The notes under the pieces: generated by a model
The model's database searches: none
Seen by the model: the letters and a program-made list of their open reading frames with translations, nothing else
Told to the model about the DNA's origin: nothing
Translations under genes and position numbers: made by a program
In this document: positions 35,982-48,668 of the stretch, piece by piece
Numbering within the stretch: position 1 is the first letter of the stretch
Layout of the letters: the number at the start of each line of letters is the position of its first letter
Assembly: GCA_964187785.1 (NCBI GenBank)
Contig: OZ076418.1
Location: 54,188,001 to 54,252,000 of the forward strand
Direction: 5' to 3'
From: Amphiscolops sp. MND2022
Taxonomy: Eukaryota
Length of the DNA: 64,000 nucleotides

Positions 35982-38900
35982 GTTTTGGTACGACAGTTTG
36001 TAGCCCCGTTACAAAAAAGTAGATCTTGTTTGGCTTTGCGAACTTCATCGCGGAGGTTAAATTTTGGTTTAATAACAATTTTGCTCGACTGCTCCGCAGC
36101 TAGAGATTGTATTTGTGACTGGTGATTCTTTGTGATTTTGTTTGGGGCAACTTTGTTATACGGCTCACGAGTGAGTCGGTTGTCCCGACAGATTGATATA
36201 GCTTGCTGATATAATGATATGTTCATTTGTTTTCAATGTACATGATGATTTCAAGGGAACGAATATTTCTCTCAGCGGCGGTTGACTTTGTTTCGCGGGC
36301 AGTTGTATATGTTGTTTTTTCTCTCTTGTCACAAAGTTTTTTGAATGCTCTTTTGAATTCAGTTCCCTTATTTGACAAATGTTTTGCGGTTTCACTTTTA
36401 CATGTTTTGGAATGCTTTAGCAGCGTTGGAAGCGAGCACTTTTTGATGGTGTTGGTACAACCCGTAAAAAACTGGATAACACATCCACTGCCACCAAGAA
36501 ATTATATTCTCCATTGTTGTTTTCAGCCAATTTCAGTTACTTTAAGACCAGGGAACTTACTCTGAAAAGGACGGTTTTTTGTATGGACCCCTTTTTGTTG
36601 CAAACAGTTTCAACTTTTGACTTTTACATTTTGCTGCTTTTTCGCGCACTCCTGTAAGCAGCAGGTCCACGCGTGTACATTTTTTCAAACTATGCTTGTT
36701 CAGAAGTTGAAAGTTTTCCAACCCTTAGAGCTATCGTTTTGACCTTCAAAACAAGGGCCGGCTTGCTGGTCATCTGTCTAGCCGGGTTTATGTGGTGTCT
36801 TTCCGCTGCTTTCTGTTTTTGGTGTTGTGAGAAATTTGGTCTCAACAACTTTTGGTTTTACAATCTCTTTAGCCTCTGATTTTGAAATCAGATCTAGTGA
36901 ACTTTTAATTTTGCACAAACTTCGTTTGTATCCTGGGTGATAGACCTTCTAGTTCGTTGCTGCAACGTGGAAAGAAGGTTTGACGTCTCAATGGCGCTGG
37001 GAATACTGTCAATCTCTAAAAAATCTTCGTCGTTTATCGAAACGTCAGACCCACTTTACATTCTTTCAAAATGGCTTTGAACTTTACTGTTTGTTTAGGA
37101 TTGAGCTTTGTGATTGAGTTAATCACCCTTTTTTGAAAGTACCTTTTTCTGAAATTACCTTCGTTTCTCGTGTCTCTGGTGCTTCCACTTCTTGAGATTT
37201 TTAAATTATTGGGCTCCCTTCATTCAGGAACTCGTTGCAATAACGTAAGTTGTTGACTCTTCGCAGTAATTGTTGGATAGTCCTGAAATTCGGACCCTTT
37301 TGGTTGATTCTTAATGTAATTTTGTTGGTTTTGTGGAATTCTCTTGAGCACTCATTCTGTTGATAAATTTAAAACACAGAGACGATTGATCAGCTTGAAT
37401 AGCTTCTAGCTTTTGATGGATGACAAAATTTGTCGCCGTCTTCGGTCAGATGTTCGCGGTTGCCATACAGTTGATAAGTGCTGTTCTAGTGCCATGGCAT
37501 TAACTTGTTCACATTGCTTACCATGTTTCCATTGATGATAATCATTGCACACTCGAGGAGAAATTTGAATTGTTCCTTGTCGCAATCATGTATAACGGCG
37601 AGAAGAAGCTTTCTTCTTTTTGTTTTCTCCCAGTCCTTGAGTTTATGCAATTTCTTCTCACTCATTTGTAAGACTCGTTTCCTTTGCAGTTGATGACGGA
37701 GTATTGAAGATATTCGGTTGAGGAGCAACAATATTTGAATGAAAACGTAGGACGTCACTTGTTCCTGGATCGATTTTGATAAGTGAATGTCCGAATCGTC
37801 TTGTGGTGTCATTTGCCCTCTGAGATGCTTCTCGAATAAAATCTAATTGTCTCAGTTGTCTACCAAAGTAGAAAATTTGCTGTAACTCTCCTGGTGACTT
37901 GAATAAAACAACATGAATTATCTTTATATCAATTGTACGTGTCTACAGGCAACTGGTAAGTCTACCGAACTTGTCCTTGGTAAATCTCCTCAATTGAATC
38001 ATCGAAAACTAACAAACATGTCCACGTTTTTAGACATTTCAAAGTCTAAACATGGAATAAATTATTTTATTTAAAGTTCAATCTTTCAGACGCTTATAGG
38101 AAAAGCAGTTGAAATTCCTGGTAAAAGTAAAAAATAAGTTTTTTGATTGCTGAATAAAATATCGGATCTTGGTAGAGTGATTAAATTGCCTAAGCTTGCG
38201 CAATGACCTAACGTTGTCTTCTTCGGATGATTCCATACTGCCTATACCATCGACTTCAGAGATAACTACCCACGGCATAATTGAAAACGTTCTTGATTAT
38301 GAAAACCAAATTGGTAACAAACACGAATATTGTGTGGCGGTATAAAAATGAAAATGTTAAGTTTTTATACCGCTGTCATCACCAGACTTGAGTTTTATTC
38401 GGTACTCGCCTTTGACGCCTGTTTGTGCTGATGGAACACATCGTTGCGCTTAGCCAATTCCTGGGCAATTCGTTTCGGTAACTTTGGAACTTCGATGCCG
38501 TCAAGTTTGATGGAACGAGAATACTTTGGTAGTATCTTGAGCGGTTTGATATTGTAGTCCTCCATCAGATCCAGTAGTAGTCTAATTGACATTTCAGTTT
38601 ACAAAACAAAAGAAACAGTCAATAGATTCAAAATTTGATTTCAAATGCGAGTACTCGGATGCAGTCAACTGTTAAACACCTTTCCTCATAAGTTAGTGTC
38701 GGCCAACCTGCTTGAACTCAACTTTGACTAATTATATTCTGTCATCAGCGTCACGTGTTGCCTCCGAGGGTGTTGTAACTGAGAGGCTCAAATTCGGTGA
38801 TAAGGTTAGCTGTAGATTGTCCTCTTTAGCTGTTGCATCGACTGACTGTATTCATGATAGGACGTTTGAAAATGATTGAAAAACCAGTTGTAGAAGAATG

Positions 38901-39719
38901 ACGCTTTTGCGCGAACACAGTGATTCAATTTATAAGTTGATTAATGATTCGGACAAATTCTTGTTGAACTATAGCTAACCTGATATGCTTTGGACAACAA
39001 AAAGTGTCCAAGTCAACCAAACTGAAGACGAAATTTCGCAAGGTACTAATTGGAGCTCTGAGCTTAGGCGCGTTGAAGAAATTGAAATAGATGTGTGATC
39101 GTAACTCCCAACTTCCCAAAATATGCCGTGTAGGTAGTGTTTTACTCAGGGGTAACTCTTTTTAATTTCTACTGCTAATAGAGATATTGATACTGGGCTC
39201 CACAGAAGTCGCCTTGGGTACAAATTGTTGAGATTTGTGATGGAAATCAAATATTGCTGTCACATTTGCATGAATGCTGAAAAATGACATTTGAGGATAA
39301 TCAAGACCACCAGGAAATGGAGTTTGCGTTTGTTATCATAATAATAGCAAAATGCTTCCTGCTTCTCTTCTGTATTCAAAACTATAGGTATATTGACCAG
39401 AGTAGTTTCGATGTTTGAAGAATTGCAAAAACCTCTGCAGGATACGAAGTGTCATTGTCAACTTTTTTTCCGAAACTGAAGTCATCATCTGAGGTAACCT
39501 AATTCATCGCCAAATGATTGTTTGACTCTCAAAGCCAATAGGAAACAGTGAATTCTGCTTGGATGATGATACCTGTGACGCCAATGACAAAATGCAGTTG
39601 GAAAAAAATAATCCTTCATCTCTTGTATAAAATTTTGCTGGACGTGAACGCTGTTCTTTGAGACTTCTCAATTTTTAATTGAACACATAAGTAAACATGT
39701 TCCACGTGCATTTTCAGGT

Positions 39720-39975
39720 AAATCATATAACTTTTTCACACTTCCGTAAAGATGCGGGCATTCACACGCGACTCCTTGTTGCTCTTCTAGGTAGAGGCAG
39801 TAATCACCATTACTGCAATAACACGGAAAGTTCGTCTCGACAAGAGTCTGTAGTGTTCCACTGTTATTGATCGTGTCGTTTCGAGAAATAGTGGTTAATA
39901 ATCTTGGAGTTATAAGAAAAAACGTCAAGAAAATAAGGTCAAAAGCACTACCCTAATCAGCTGTGTCCCATTCAT
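39720..39975 (-). pseudogene. Second copy of the EGF-like gene
   Basis: ATG 39975; CYCSNGDYCLYLEEQQGVACECPHLYG, then a small deletion before the sixth Cys. Confidence 0.6.
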
Positions 39976-40605
39976 GTTTCTACATGTTCTCAGATAACTT
40001 TTTCGGAATGAATGAATGATCGTTATTTAAAGAGCCTGTTTGTCCTGGTTGGGAAAGTCTCTTGGCATAATGGTTAGTAGTATTGGGCGCCAGCCAATCA
40101 AGTCGGCTCCGCCGCTGCATGGGATTAGATACGTGCGCCGCTGAGCAGCGTTAGCTTACGCCGGTGTTAGAGGGCTCGAGTAAACTATCTGAATGGTGCT
40201 AATGCTAGTGCTAATTGAAGACAGTGATGAATGTACTATCGTGAATTCTAGCAACTGTTATTTTTAGAAGACCATCAGGCAAATGATCTTTCGCTGAGTT
40301 CTCTTTTCTACGGTTGTGTTTACTAACAACCTGTGACAAAGTGAGGTTGAGATAGGCTAGAGCATGCGCTCTACCACAGCCGGCCTATTCTTTAATCCAA
40401 AATTTAAAAATCCAAAAAATCATTTCCCCAGATTGTCAAAACTTGCGCGCTTTTTGTTCACAAGACGGTCGACATCGGCTGCGATTGAGCGAGCGTTCAT
40501 GGAATTCGGCAGGTCTTATCATTACCAGCAAGCGGTCCTAATTATCTCCTAATAATTTTCGATTCTGAATTGCGGGAAGCCACCGAATTTAGTTAGCTTA
40601 AGCGG

Positions 40606-40676
40606 CGCCCATGTCTAGTGTTTAGATTCTTTGAACTTCATGCCTGAGTTCCCCGGTTCGAAGCCGGTTCTTGGCA
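40606..40676 (+). ncRNA. Second copy of the tRNA-Glu-like sequence
   Basis: gtctagtgtttagattc (compare tRNA-Glu GTCTAGTGGTTAGGATTC) ... ccggttcgaagccgg. Confidence 0.5.
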
Positions 40677-41189
40677 AAATTTTTATAAAATAAGTGAACC
40701 CCTAGATTAGACCTGAAAACATACAAACTACCCCCATTTATTTCATGTACGTTCTAATAAACTTTAATCATCTCCTGCATTTAGGCTAGAATTGTGTGAC
40801 GTATATATCTTGCACACCAGTTCTTTATCTACACTTCATCTACCATTTTATCCGGCTATGAGAATACTCTCTGTCTTCCATAGCAACGAATAAAATGTAA
40901 ACGTTTTCTAATCACAATACTAATATTGATCTATCCACAACAGTCGGGCAATAAATTCTCCACCTCGCTAATTTGTTCTTTGAGACCGAATATCTGCCTC
41001 TCGGTTACCTTGCCGTCACTATAAAACACTGAACTTAACTAGAAAACGAAAACACAAAGACGTTATTGGTCACGAAGCTGGTCGATTTTACACCACTCCC
41101 ATACTCAGCAAACTCAGCCATACTCAGGGGCCTTCTTAGTCGGCGCCTTTTCCTTTAAGGAAAAAAAGCCCCACTATAACAGTGGGTAG

Positions 41190-43359
41190 TGTGTTGACCC
41201 TGAGATGGGTGCAACTCGTCCAACGTAGTTGGCCGTGAAGTCCAGGCTTAATTTTCAGGTTCGTAGAGATCTACTATGGGATTTTCGGATCTAAGCGGAT
41301 GGCCGGACAATGAATCTATTTTTGAAGATAGATTCTCGATCATCTTCAGAATTTCCCTTTGCCCAGTCTCGGCGTCTTTTATCCTTCTACCAACTGATTT
41401 TTGGATTTTCTCGGAGATTTCGGAAACATCACGATCAGAGATACTGGGTACATTTTCAGTCCTTTGGCTAGCTGCCTCAGGTTCACCTAGTGAGCTGGAT
41501 ACTGAATCCCTTCTGGCTTTCCTTTTGGAGGATCTTTCGGGCATTTTTGGATTTTAAGTTCACAGATTCAAACTATTCGACAACGAATGCAGAAAGGTTG
41601 AGATTTTTAATCTTCAATTGAGTTTTGTAACAAGAGAAAACAAAGTTGCTTTACAGGAAGCGATTATTGAATTTTCAAAGTCTATCAAAATTATTATTTT
41701 TCAACTGCAATTATTTAACTTTTCCAAGTATATATACCTTTCACCCACGTGAAGAGGGGAAAAATCCGCACCACTTTCACGCTTTATTCAGCCCGGCGTC
41801 CTTCCAAGGCGGAGAAACCGGAAGTTCAGTTGTCGAACTCAGGCTCTCAGTTTGTTCATGCTTTCCGAGGAAAGCACGCGTCCACTTCCTGCCTGAGTTG
41901 CGACTCCGCTTCCCTTCACCTCCAATTCCCGCCTTTTGAGGACGCCGAAGCTGAAATCAGCAATAAAATGAGCGATGATTCAACATTTCGCTTTTAAAAA
42001 GCGGGAAAGATGAAATTAAAGCAACGACGATTATGGAAAATAGAAATTCCCCAAAATGATTTAACTGATTTAAATATTACTCCAGATAATAGTTATTTCA
42101 ACGAAACTGCACTTAGGCTCGTAGAACCACTCGTGGGGGCATGAAAACACTGATTAGGTATGAAAGGACAAAGCTCGGTCCCAGGTTGAGGTCCGAGACG
42201 ATTGGGGCAAAATAACTGGTTTCCCAACAATAGCAACAACAACAATTTTGTGATTTAAATCAACTTGGGGATGCGATTCAGGTCATTTCTCAATCCAGTT
42301 TATCTGAGGGTTAATTTTAAAAGGGTAGCACAAATCATTAATAGTGATTAAATAACTCAAGCCAAAGATTTAATTCCCAGGCCGGGGTCTAGGCCGTGGT
42401 TTAATGCATTCAAAGTTAAGTATTGCTACATGAATAAATGGTCACAAATTGCATGTAATCAACCACTAATTCTTACTATACTGCGTATTTGGGTCGTGGT
42501 TTCACTGATGAGGCGATGGATAATCGGGAGTACCGATATTTTCACTTTTGGGATGGATTTGGACAAACCTTATTTCAGGCCGGGTCCTGGGCTACAGTTT
42601 ATTACATTTGATAATTAATCTTGGTTTACATGGGTGAATAGTATTGCACAACACTCTTGACCGTTATTCGGTCGTTTTTCATTGTGGGTGTTTAGTTATC
42701 GGGTAAAAATCATCAACCGAATTAACAATTTCCATTTCTACAATGGATTTTATAAATTTACATTTCAGGCCACTTCCTGGGCCGCGGTACATTACTTCCA
42801 GTTAAAATCAACACAATTTGTACATTACTCAGGGAATTACATGTAAATCATCACATTAGTTGTCTTTGTTTGCATCAACACTTTTACATGTAATCATTTA
42901 ATAGCGCGATCACTGCTGCATAGTGTTAAATAGCTCATTCCAATTTCAGGCCGCTTATCAGGCCACCGCTTCACTGTGCAGATCTGAGGCCGGTCGCCAG
43001 GCCACGGTTCCGCCATTAATCTTTCAAGCCGTTTGCTGAGCGGTGTGATTCTATTACTATTAATTATATAGCACTGTATTATTATTATTAACTGCACTAA
43101 TAGCTCCGTACTTGTTGGTACACTGTGTGTGTATGTATATATTCTTGTATGAAAGTATGTAATTATTAGTATTTATACATATATAAATATAATTTTAGCT
43201 CCAAGCTGATTTAAAGTAATAATTTATAATAGTAATAAATTAGTTGTATGTTAGCTATTTCACTTGCCTTTTCTTCTGTTTCGGTCTAATTCCAATTTCC
43301 TTCTTCGTAGACCGCGCTTATTGTGTGACAGGTTTCACAGCTTAGCTGGGGCTGTGACA
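41190..43359 (-). mobile_element. Solo LTR (2170 bp) of a sister Ty3/Gypsy family
   Basis: Termini tgtcacagcc...ggtcaacaca as in the 1893-bp LTR; TSD GGTAG (41185-41189) / GGTGG (43360-43364); empty site near 26918-26922; contains Gag N-terminus MPERSSKRKARRDS (41248-41544). Confidence 0.93.
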
Positions 43360-46300
43360 GGTGGTTTTGTTTTAGTTTTTTTTCTTTTTCAGCTGACAAT
43401 CTCACTCTGAATGGTCCACTTTCTTACAATATTTTGTTCATTTGTCCAACTAATTTTCTGAGAAGCAGGAGATCGTTGGTTCGCTTCTCGTACTAAACCA
43501 CAAATTTTTGATGCTTCCAAAAGTAGATGCTTCCAAAAGAAGTAAGACCAAATGGACCCCCTTCGGAATTTTTCGGCACTATGTGACTTGTTTTTCGAAA
43601 ATTCTATCAAAGGGTACCCCTTGCACCTCATCTACCAGTTTCATTAGATGAGTGGCGTTACCTGATTAAATATCACTATTAATGATACAGCTATTTTTGG
43701 CAAATTTGATTTTGCTCCTACTTATAACAACAGCATAAGCTTAGAAAAAATATAAATAAATAATCTTCGTGTTACTGCTTAGCAGCTAATTTTGTCAAAA
43801 GCGTTCTTTGATGTAGCTTGTTTTCGGTTCAGTTTTTAGCTTTAATGTTTAATTTTTATCATCGGAAGAAAATTAAGTTGCTCAGACAGGAGTGAATGTG
43901 TTCTGGTTTAACCAACACTTCATTCAATTCCAAAATCATAATTGGCGTTTGCAAAAAATATTTGTTCACGAACCGATATTGTTTCGGAAGCTGTAGATCT
44001 CTGCATTCTACGCCAATGCCAATTTCGGGTCGTTCAATTTGTTGGTACGATCCACTGGAAGCTTGAAGTTCTTCGGTAAGTCAATTTTTACACCAGCTTA
44101 GTTAGGAAAAGGCCCAAATACCGGATAAACATCAAACAGAATATCATAAAAAAAAAACTAAATCCACAGTTCGACTTCCTCAAAGTTACAGCTATCGTGA
44201 GAAGCATCAAAATTTTTTAAACTGACAAAAAAATCACAGTAGTTGTCGAAATCCCTGTTACCTTGCGTAAATCAGTGCCAAAAAACTTCCAACTTGTGAG
44301 AAAAAAAAACATCATCAATGTTAACACTGAAAATCATCGCAAAGCTTTGAAAAAAACTTTTCTTGCGAAACCCAGAAACGTATTGATTAATTTTTTCTCG
44401 TAAGGAGTAGAAAATATTTTTTTTCGCATGAATGACTGAAATAATTTTGGAAACAGTTTCTATTGAAACACACTTTAAAAATGAGGCAACAACCAACATA
44501 TTCTCTCACGTCTGAAATTGCCCGTCCATTGTTGTGTTTACAACTAAATTCACGTGTAAATTGTGCGACTCTCAACCTACAACTAGTTCAGGAATTGTAA
44601 ATTTACACACAACGAAAAGAAAACATTGGGTTAAGTTTACTCACAACTTTTACTTTGACTCTTTTTGTTGTCCATCCCCGGTTAGCGTGCTCAATCAAAC
44701 TAAATCAAAACAAGATTCAGGTGTCTAATCTTAATATCAGATTCAAAAACATGACACATTATGTGCGTCCCGGACATCAAAATGACTGCATAATAGGGCC
44801 TATTATGTTCATTTTCGATTCGACATGCAAAATAGAAAATGAAAATGTACATTTATATTTGTATTACCAGTCATTGGAACCTACAAAGCTTACCTTTTTC
44901 AGCGCGAAGCTTGGAAAATAATATTTTTTTGCGAAGATCAAAAAATTTTCAAACTTATTTTTTCTATTCCTCTTCAATGCAACTCCAACAGAAGATGCAA
45001 TCACCAAATCCAAAACCATTCCAAGCCTCTGGGAGTGCTTTTGGCACTTCCCCAGGGACCTTTTTCTGTGGGAAGCTCAGAAAATATTGCTTTTTCTAAT
45101 AAATGAAGCTAAGCTAAATGACAACAAAGTATCTCTTAAATCAAATATTGAAAAATCGACTTGACAAGTTTCAGAAAACACCTTTTCCAAAACCCAAAAA
45201 AAAACAGTCGAGTTTGAAAGGAATAAACAAAAAGAATAAATCGCAACAACTTGAACGCTTAAACTCTGAACAACGGTCCTTGTTAAACATTGAAAATAGT
45301 TATAGAGATCGTAATTGGATATTTTATCAACCTTATACTCAGTTTGAGACACATTTTAAGGAACGTCTGCAAGATTCATTTTTTGATGAGCGCTAAGAAA
45401 ACTACAAGTAAAGCACTCATAAAATTAGAGCCACTCGGAGACACACTGAAACCATCAACTTGAATACCGCCCGCACCAACGTTCAATGTCAAAGACCTAA
45501 CTGAATCAGTTGGAATTGTTGCAACCCAATTCATTCCACTATTTGAAATTGTTGATTTATCTTCTGATTAATATTATCTTGAAATTAGACGCCAAACAGG
45601 TGCATATGAATCAGTTGATATCACCAAAGCAATTGAAACGCAAATTGAAAACTTGAGCATCCCCAAACTAACCGTGACACTCCAAGTAGATACAATTTCA
45701 ATTCTTGGTTTCTCAACCATTTCTAGTTTTTTTTTATTTCTGAACACAATACCTGTTTACGGTTTACTAAAAAGACAAAGGGAAGGAAGTCAGAAGTCAG
45801 AAAAACCTGTCATGAGACTGTGTGTAGAAAAAGTTCATTCAAAATGTGAGTGTGTCGATGGTTCAATTGTTAAAACCTTAAGTGAATCAATTTTGTTTAG
45901 TTTTAGTCCAAATCAACCATTAGATTAAAATTATACATCCACCAACAACTAGTTAATAGAACAACCATGGATGACATTCAATTATATCTCGTAAATTCCA
46001 ACTACGGAAAGGTAAACTGTTTCAATGGCGAAACATTAAATTTCACACTTCAAAGTATCAAGATTTGGACATTTTGGTCTGATTAATAAAGGAATCAGAA
46101 AAATTCACTAAAAGTTCTCTTGCGAAGCTTAGAAAATAATTTGCATTTTTGTTATCATTCACTTTTTCTGGGGTCTAGGCTTCACAACGCTGAGCTTTGC
46201 AACTTTTTGTCCGAATGAAAAGACCCTCAAAAAGTGTAAAACTAATTCTTATTGAGTTCGTGGGAGTCACAATTTAGCAACGTCAATTATTTATGGTACC

Positions 46301-48193
46301 CTAGTATCAAATGCAAAAACTAATAAACTATAAAATTTCTGAAGGAACTTTTTCAAAAAGTAATATGTCAAAATCTCTTAGCGTTTTCGATCAAACAATT
46401 CGAGCAGAAGGGTTGGTGATTTTTTTAAACACACCGCAGAAGCTCTAACAAAATTTCTCGGGGAAAACTTCTCAACGATCGGGGTAGGAATATAGAAATT
46501 GCTGGAACTGCACTAGCATACCAAAGCTCAAAAGCAATTGTTCCTAATTGTAACTGCTGCTTGATCCCTTCACTTGACCAAACTTTACGCCGCACTGACT
46601 TCGGTGCTCGGCACTGCGGATCGTTACCGAACAGTGCTTGCTTCTTAGATTAAAAGGACTGTATCTTGCCTTAGTAGGATCCAATGATCCCGAATTGCAC
46701 TTCTTCCTTGTCTCTTAACACGTCCAGCTCTTCACAATTTGAGAGTAACTAAATTAGTCGTCCTAATTCATTGGCCAAAAGTCGAAAAGAGAAGAAATGA
46801 CTTGAGAACAGAAGTGGTCCTAAGACCCAACTTGCATACAGCTTTCCAATCGAATTGTGCCCAACTAGTTTTGGTATACGTATCGTTTACATTTATTCGA
46901 TAAATATAAGTCAGTATATGAAGTATAAATAAATGACATTTAAAGCATAGTATGAAATTGGCTAATTAAACAAAGTATGTGGTGCTTTTGGCATGCTTAT
47001 TAGGTAGGCTAGAAATTATGTTTATACAATGTAAATATCACTGATACCAATAGCATTACATATCCTTCAAGGTCACATGAGAAAATCACATAATAATTTG
47101 TATAGCAAAATTGGATTTTCATGGGGTCAGACCTAGGTCCTATTGGGTGGTAATTGCTCGGAACCCAGGGGAGATACTGGGTCGGGCGTTTCGAGTGAAA
47201 AGTTGAGGCAGCACCGCTAGTATATACCGGCTATGTTTCATGGTGATTGAACAAGTGCTTCTCCAAAAGGGTGGCCCTTTTTGACTCAGGCCTATTTCTG
47301 CTGAAACTTGTATTTTTCTAATTGAATCTTGAGACGTTTTCTATGTGTTTTGAGTTAAAAGTTTCATCAGTCACGTTCAAAAATCACTTTCTCATGTTGC
47401 AATTGACAGGCGTCAACGTTGCCGGCACTGTTTTTCTCCCGAAAAACACTTTCAAAGAACATGGGTGCCAGTTTCACGACTGGTTTTTGAGTTTGTCATC
47501 AATTGTCGTTGTCTTTCTGAGAATCCATTTTCACAGTCATGTTTGCCAGTTGTTTGCTGTGTTCTTTCTCTGCTGCAATGATTTTCCAGCCCATAATCTA
47601 GTTCGCTGACAAAAAGGTTTTCCACATGCTCACATAACACAACAAAATAATTCCAAAAAACTGTTGTCTCATTTGAAGTCATAATTGTCTCAAATATTCC
47701 ATACTTATATCATCCAAACGTCCGATGTTCATTGAGTTCAATCAATTGCCTTTCTTTAGAACGTTTAAAAGGCATGGTACAAACATGCTTCTGTTAACTC
47801 GGCTTCCAAAATTGGTTCAATATCCAAGGAGTTGTTTTCCAGATATATCGAAGTGATCTCCAATAACTTTCCCAAGATTTGCTCTGCTACACTTTTCGTC
47901 ATCAAAGTTGACTGACCATGGAAAGATATGTCAAAAAGAATTCTTTTGTATTTTCCAATTCTTTCCAAAGTCCTGTATTGGATCCAGCCTTCTTGAAAGG
48001 TCGTTGAATCATCAATCATCATAATCAGTTAATAAAGAGAGGTTCACACATTACGGCGACTGAAGTTCTTCCTTCTGTTTTCAATGTTTTCTGTACATCC
48101 AATGAGAAAGGATTTGAGCTTTGAATTCAGTCGCTGGGCTACATTTTGCTCTTTGCAGGGGCACGTCGATATCCGTAGCTACATCGGTGTTTT

Positions 48194-48668
48194 TAGTCGG
48201 GGCTTTTTTCAAGAAAAGAGCCCGACTATTACAGTCACTCGTTTTCTTTATTTAAGACAGACTCGAAGCGACGAACGTTAACGTTCAACTAAAGGAAACT
48301 AAAAACCAGGGAAACGCATGTAAATTATTCCAAAGGATCCCCTTTTAGTTTTTTACTTTTTGAACGTTACCTACAAGCCCGGACGGGACTAAAGGGTCCC
48401 CCTTTTCGATTTTTTTTTCGGCAGTGTGCGACTTTTTTTCGAAATTTTTTAATGTCCCCAAAGGGTACCCCTTTGAGTTTTTTGTTATTTTGCTACAGAA
48501 TGCGTGTTTATAAATCAAAAAGGGTCCCCCTTTGACATTTTTTGGCATTACGCGACATTTTCCGAAAGAAATTTTTTTTTCGAAAATTTCAAGTTTTTTT
48601 CCAAAAAAAATTGTTTTGCGCTTTTTGAGCCTTAGATATAGCGCCGACTTGATACGTTCCCGTCTTGT
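48194..48668 (+). mobile_element. Non-autonomous Helentron-associated (HINE/DINE-1-like) element
   Basis: 5' subTIR tagtcggggct with nearby partial inverted copy agcccgacta; 3' subTIR agcgccgactt followed by a short hairpin and CTTG; inserted in a T-run without TSD; absent in arm 1 near 3311-3316. Confidence 0.7.

Noticed and set aside
35533-36226. ORFs spanning 35533-36226
   Set aside because: Artefacts of translating through the N gap.
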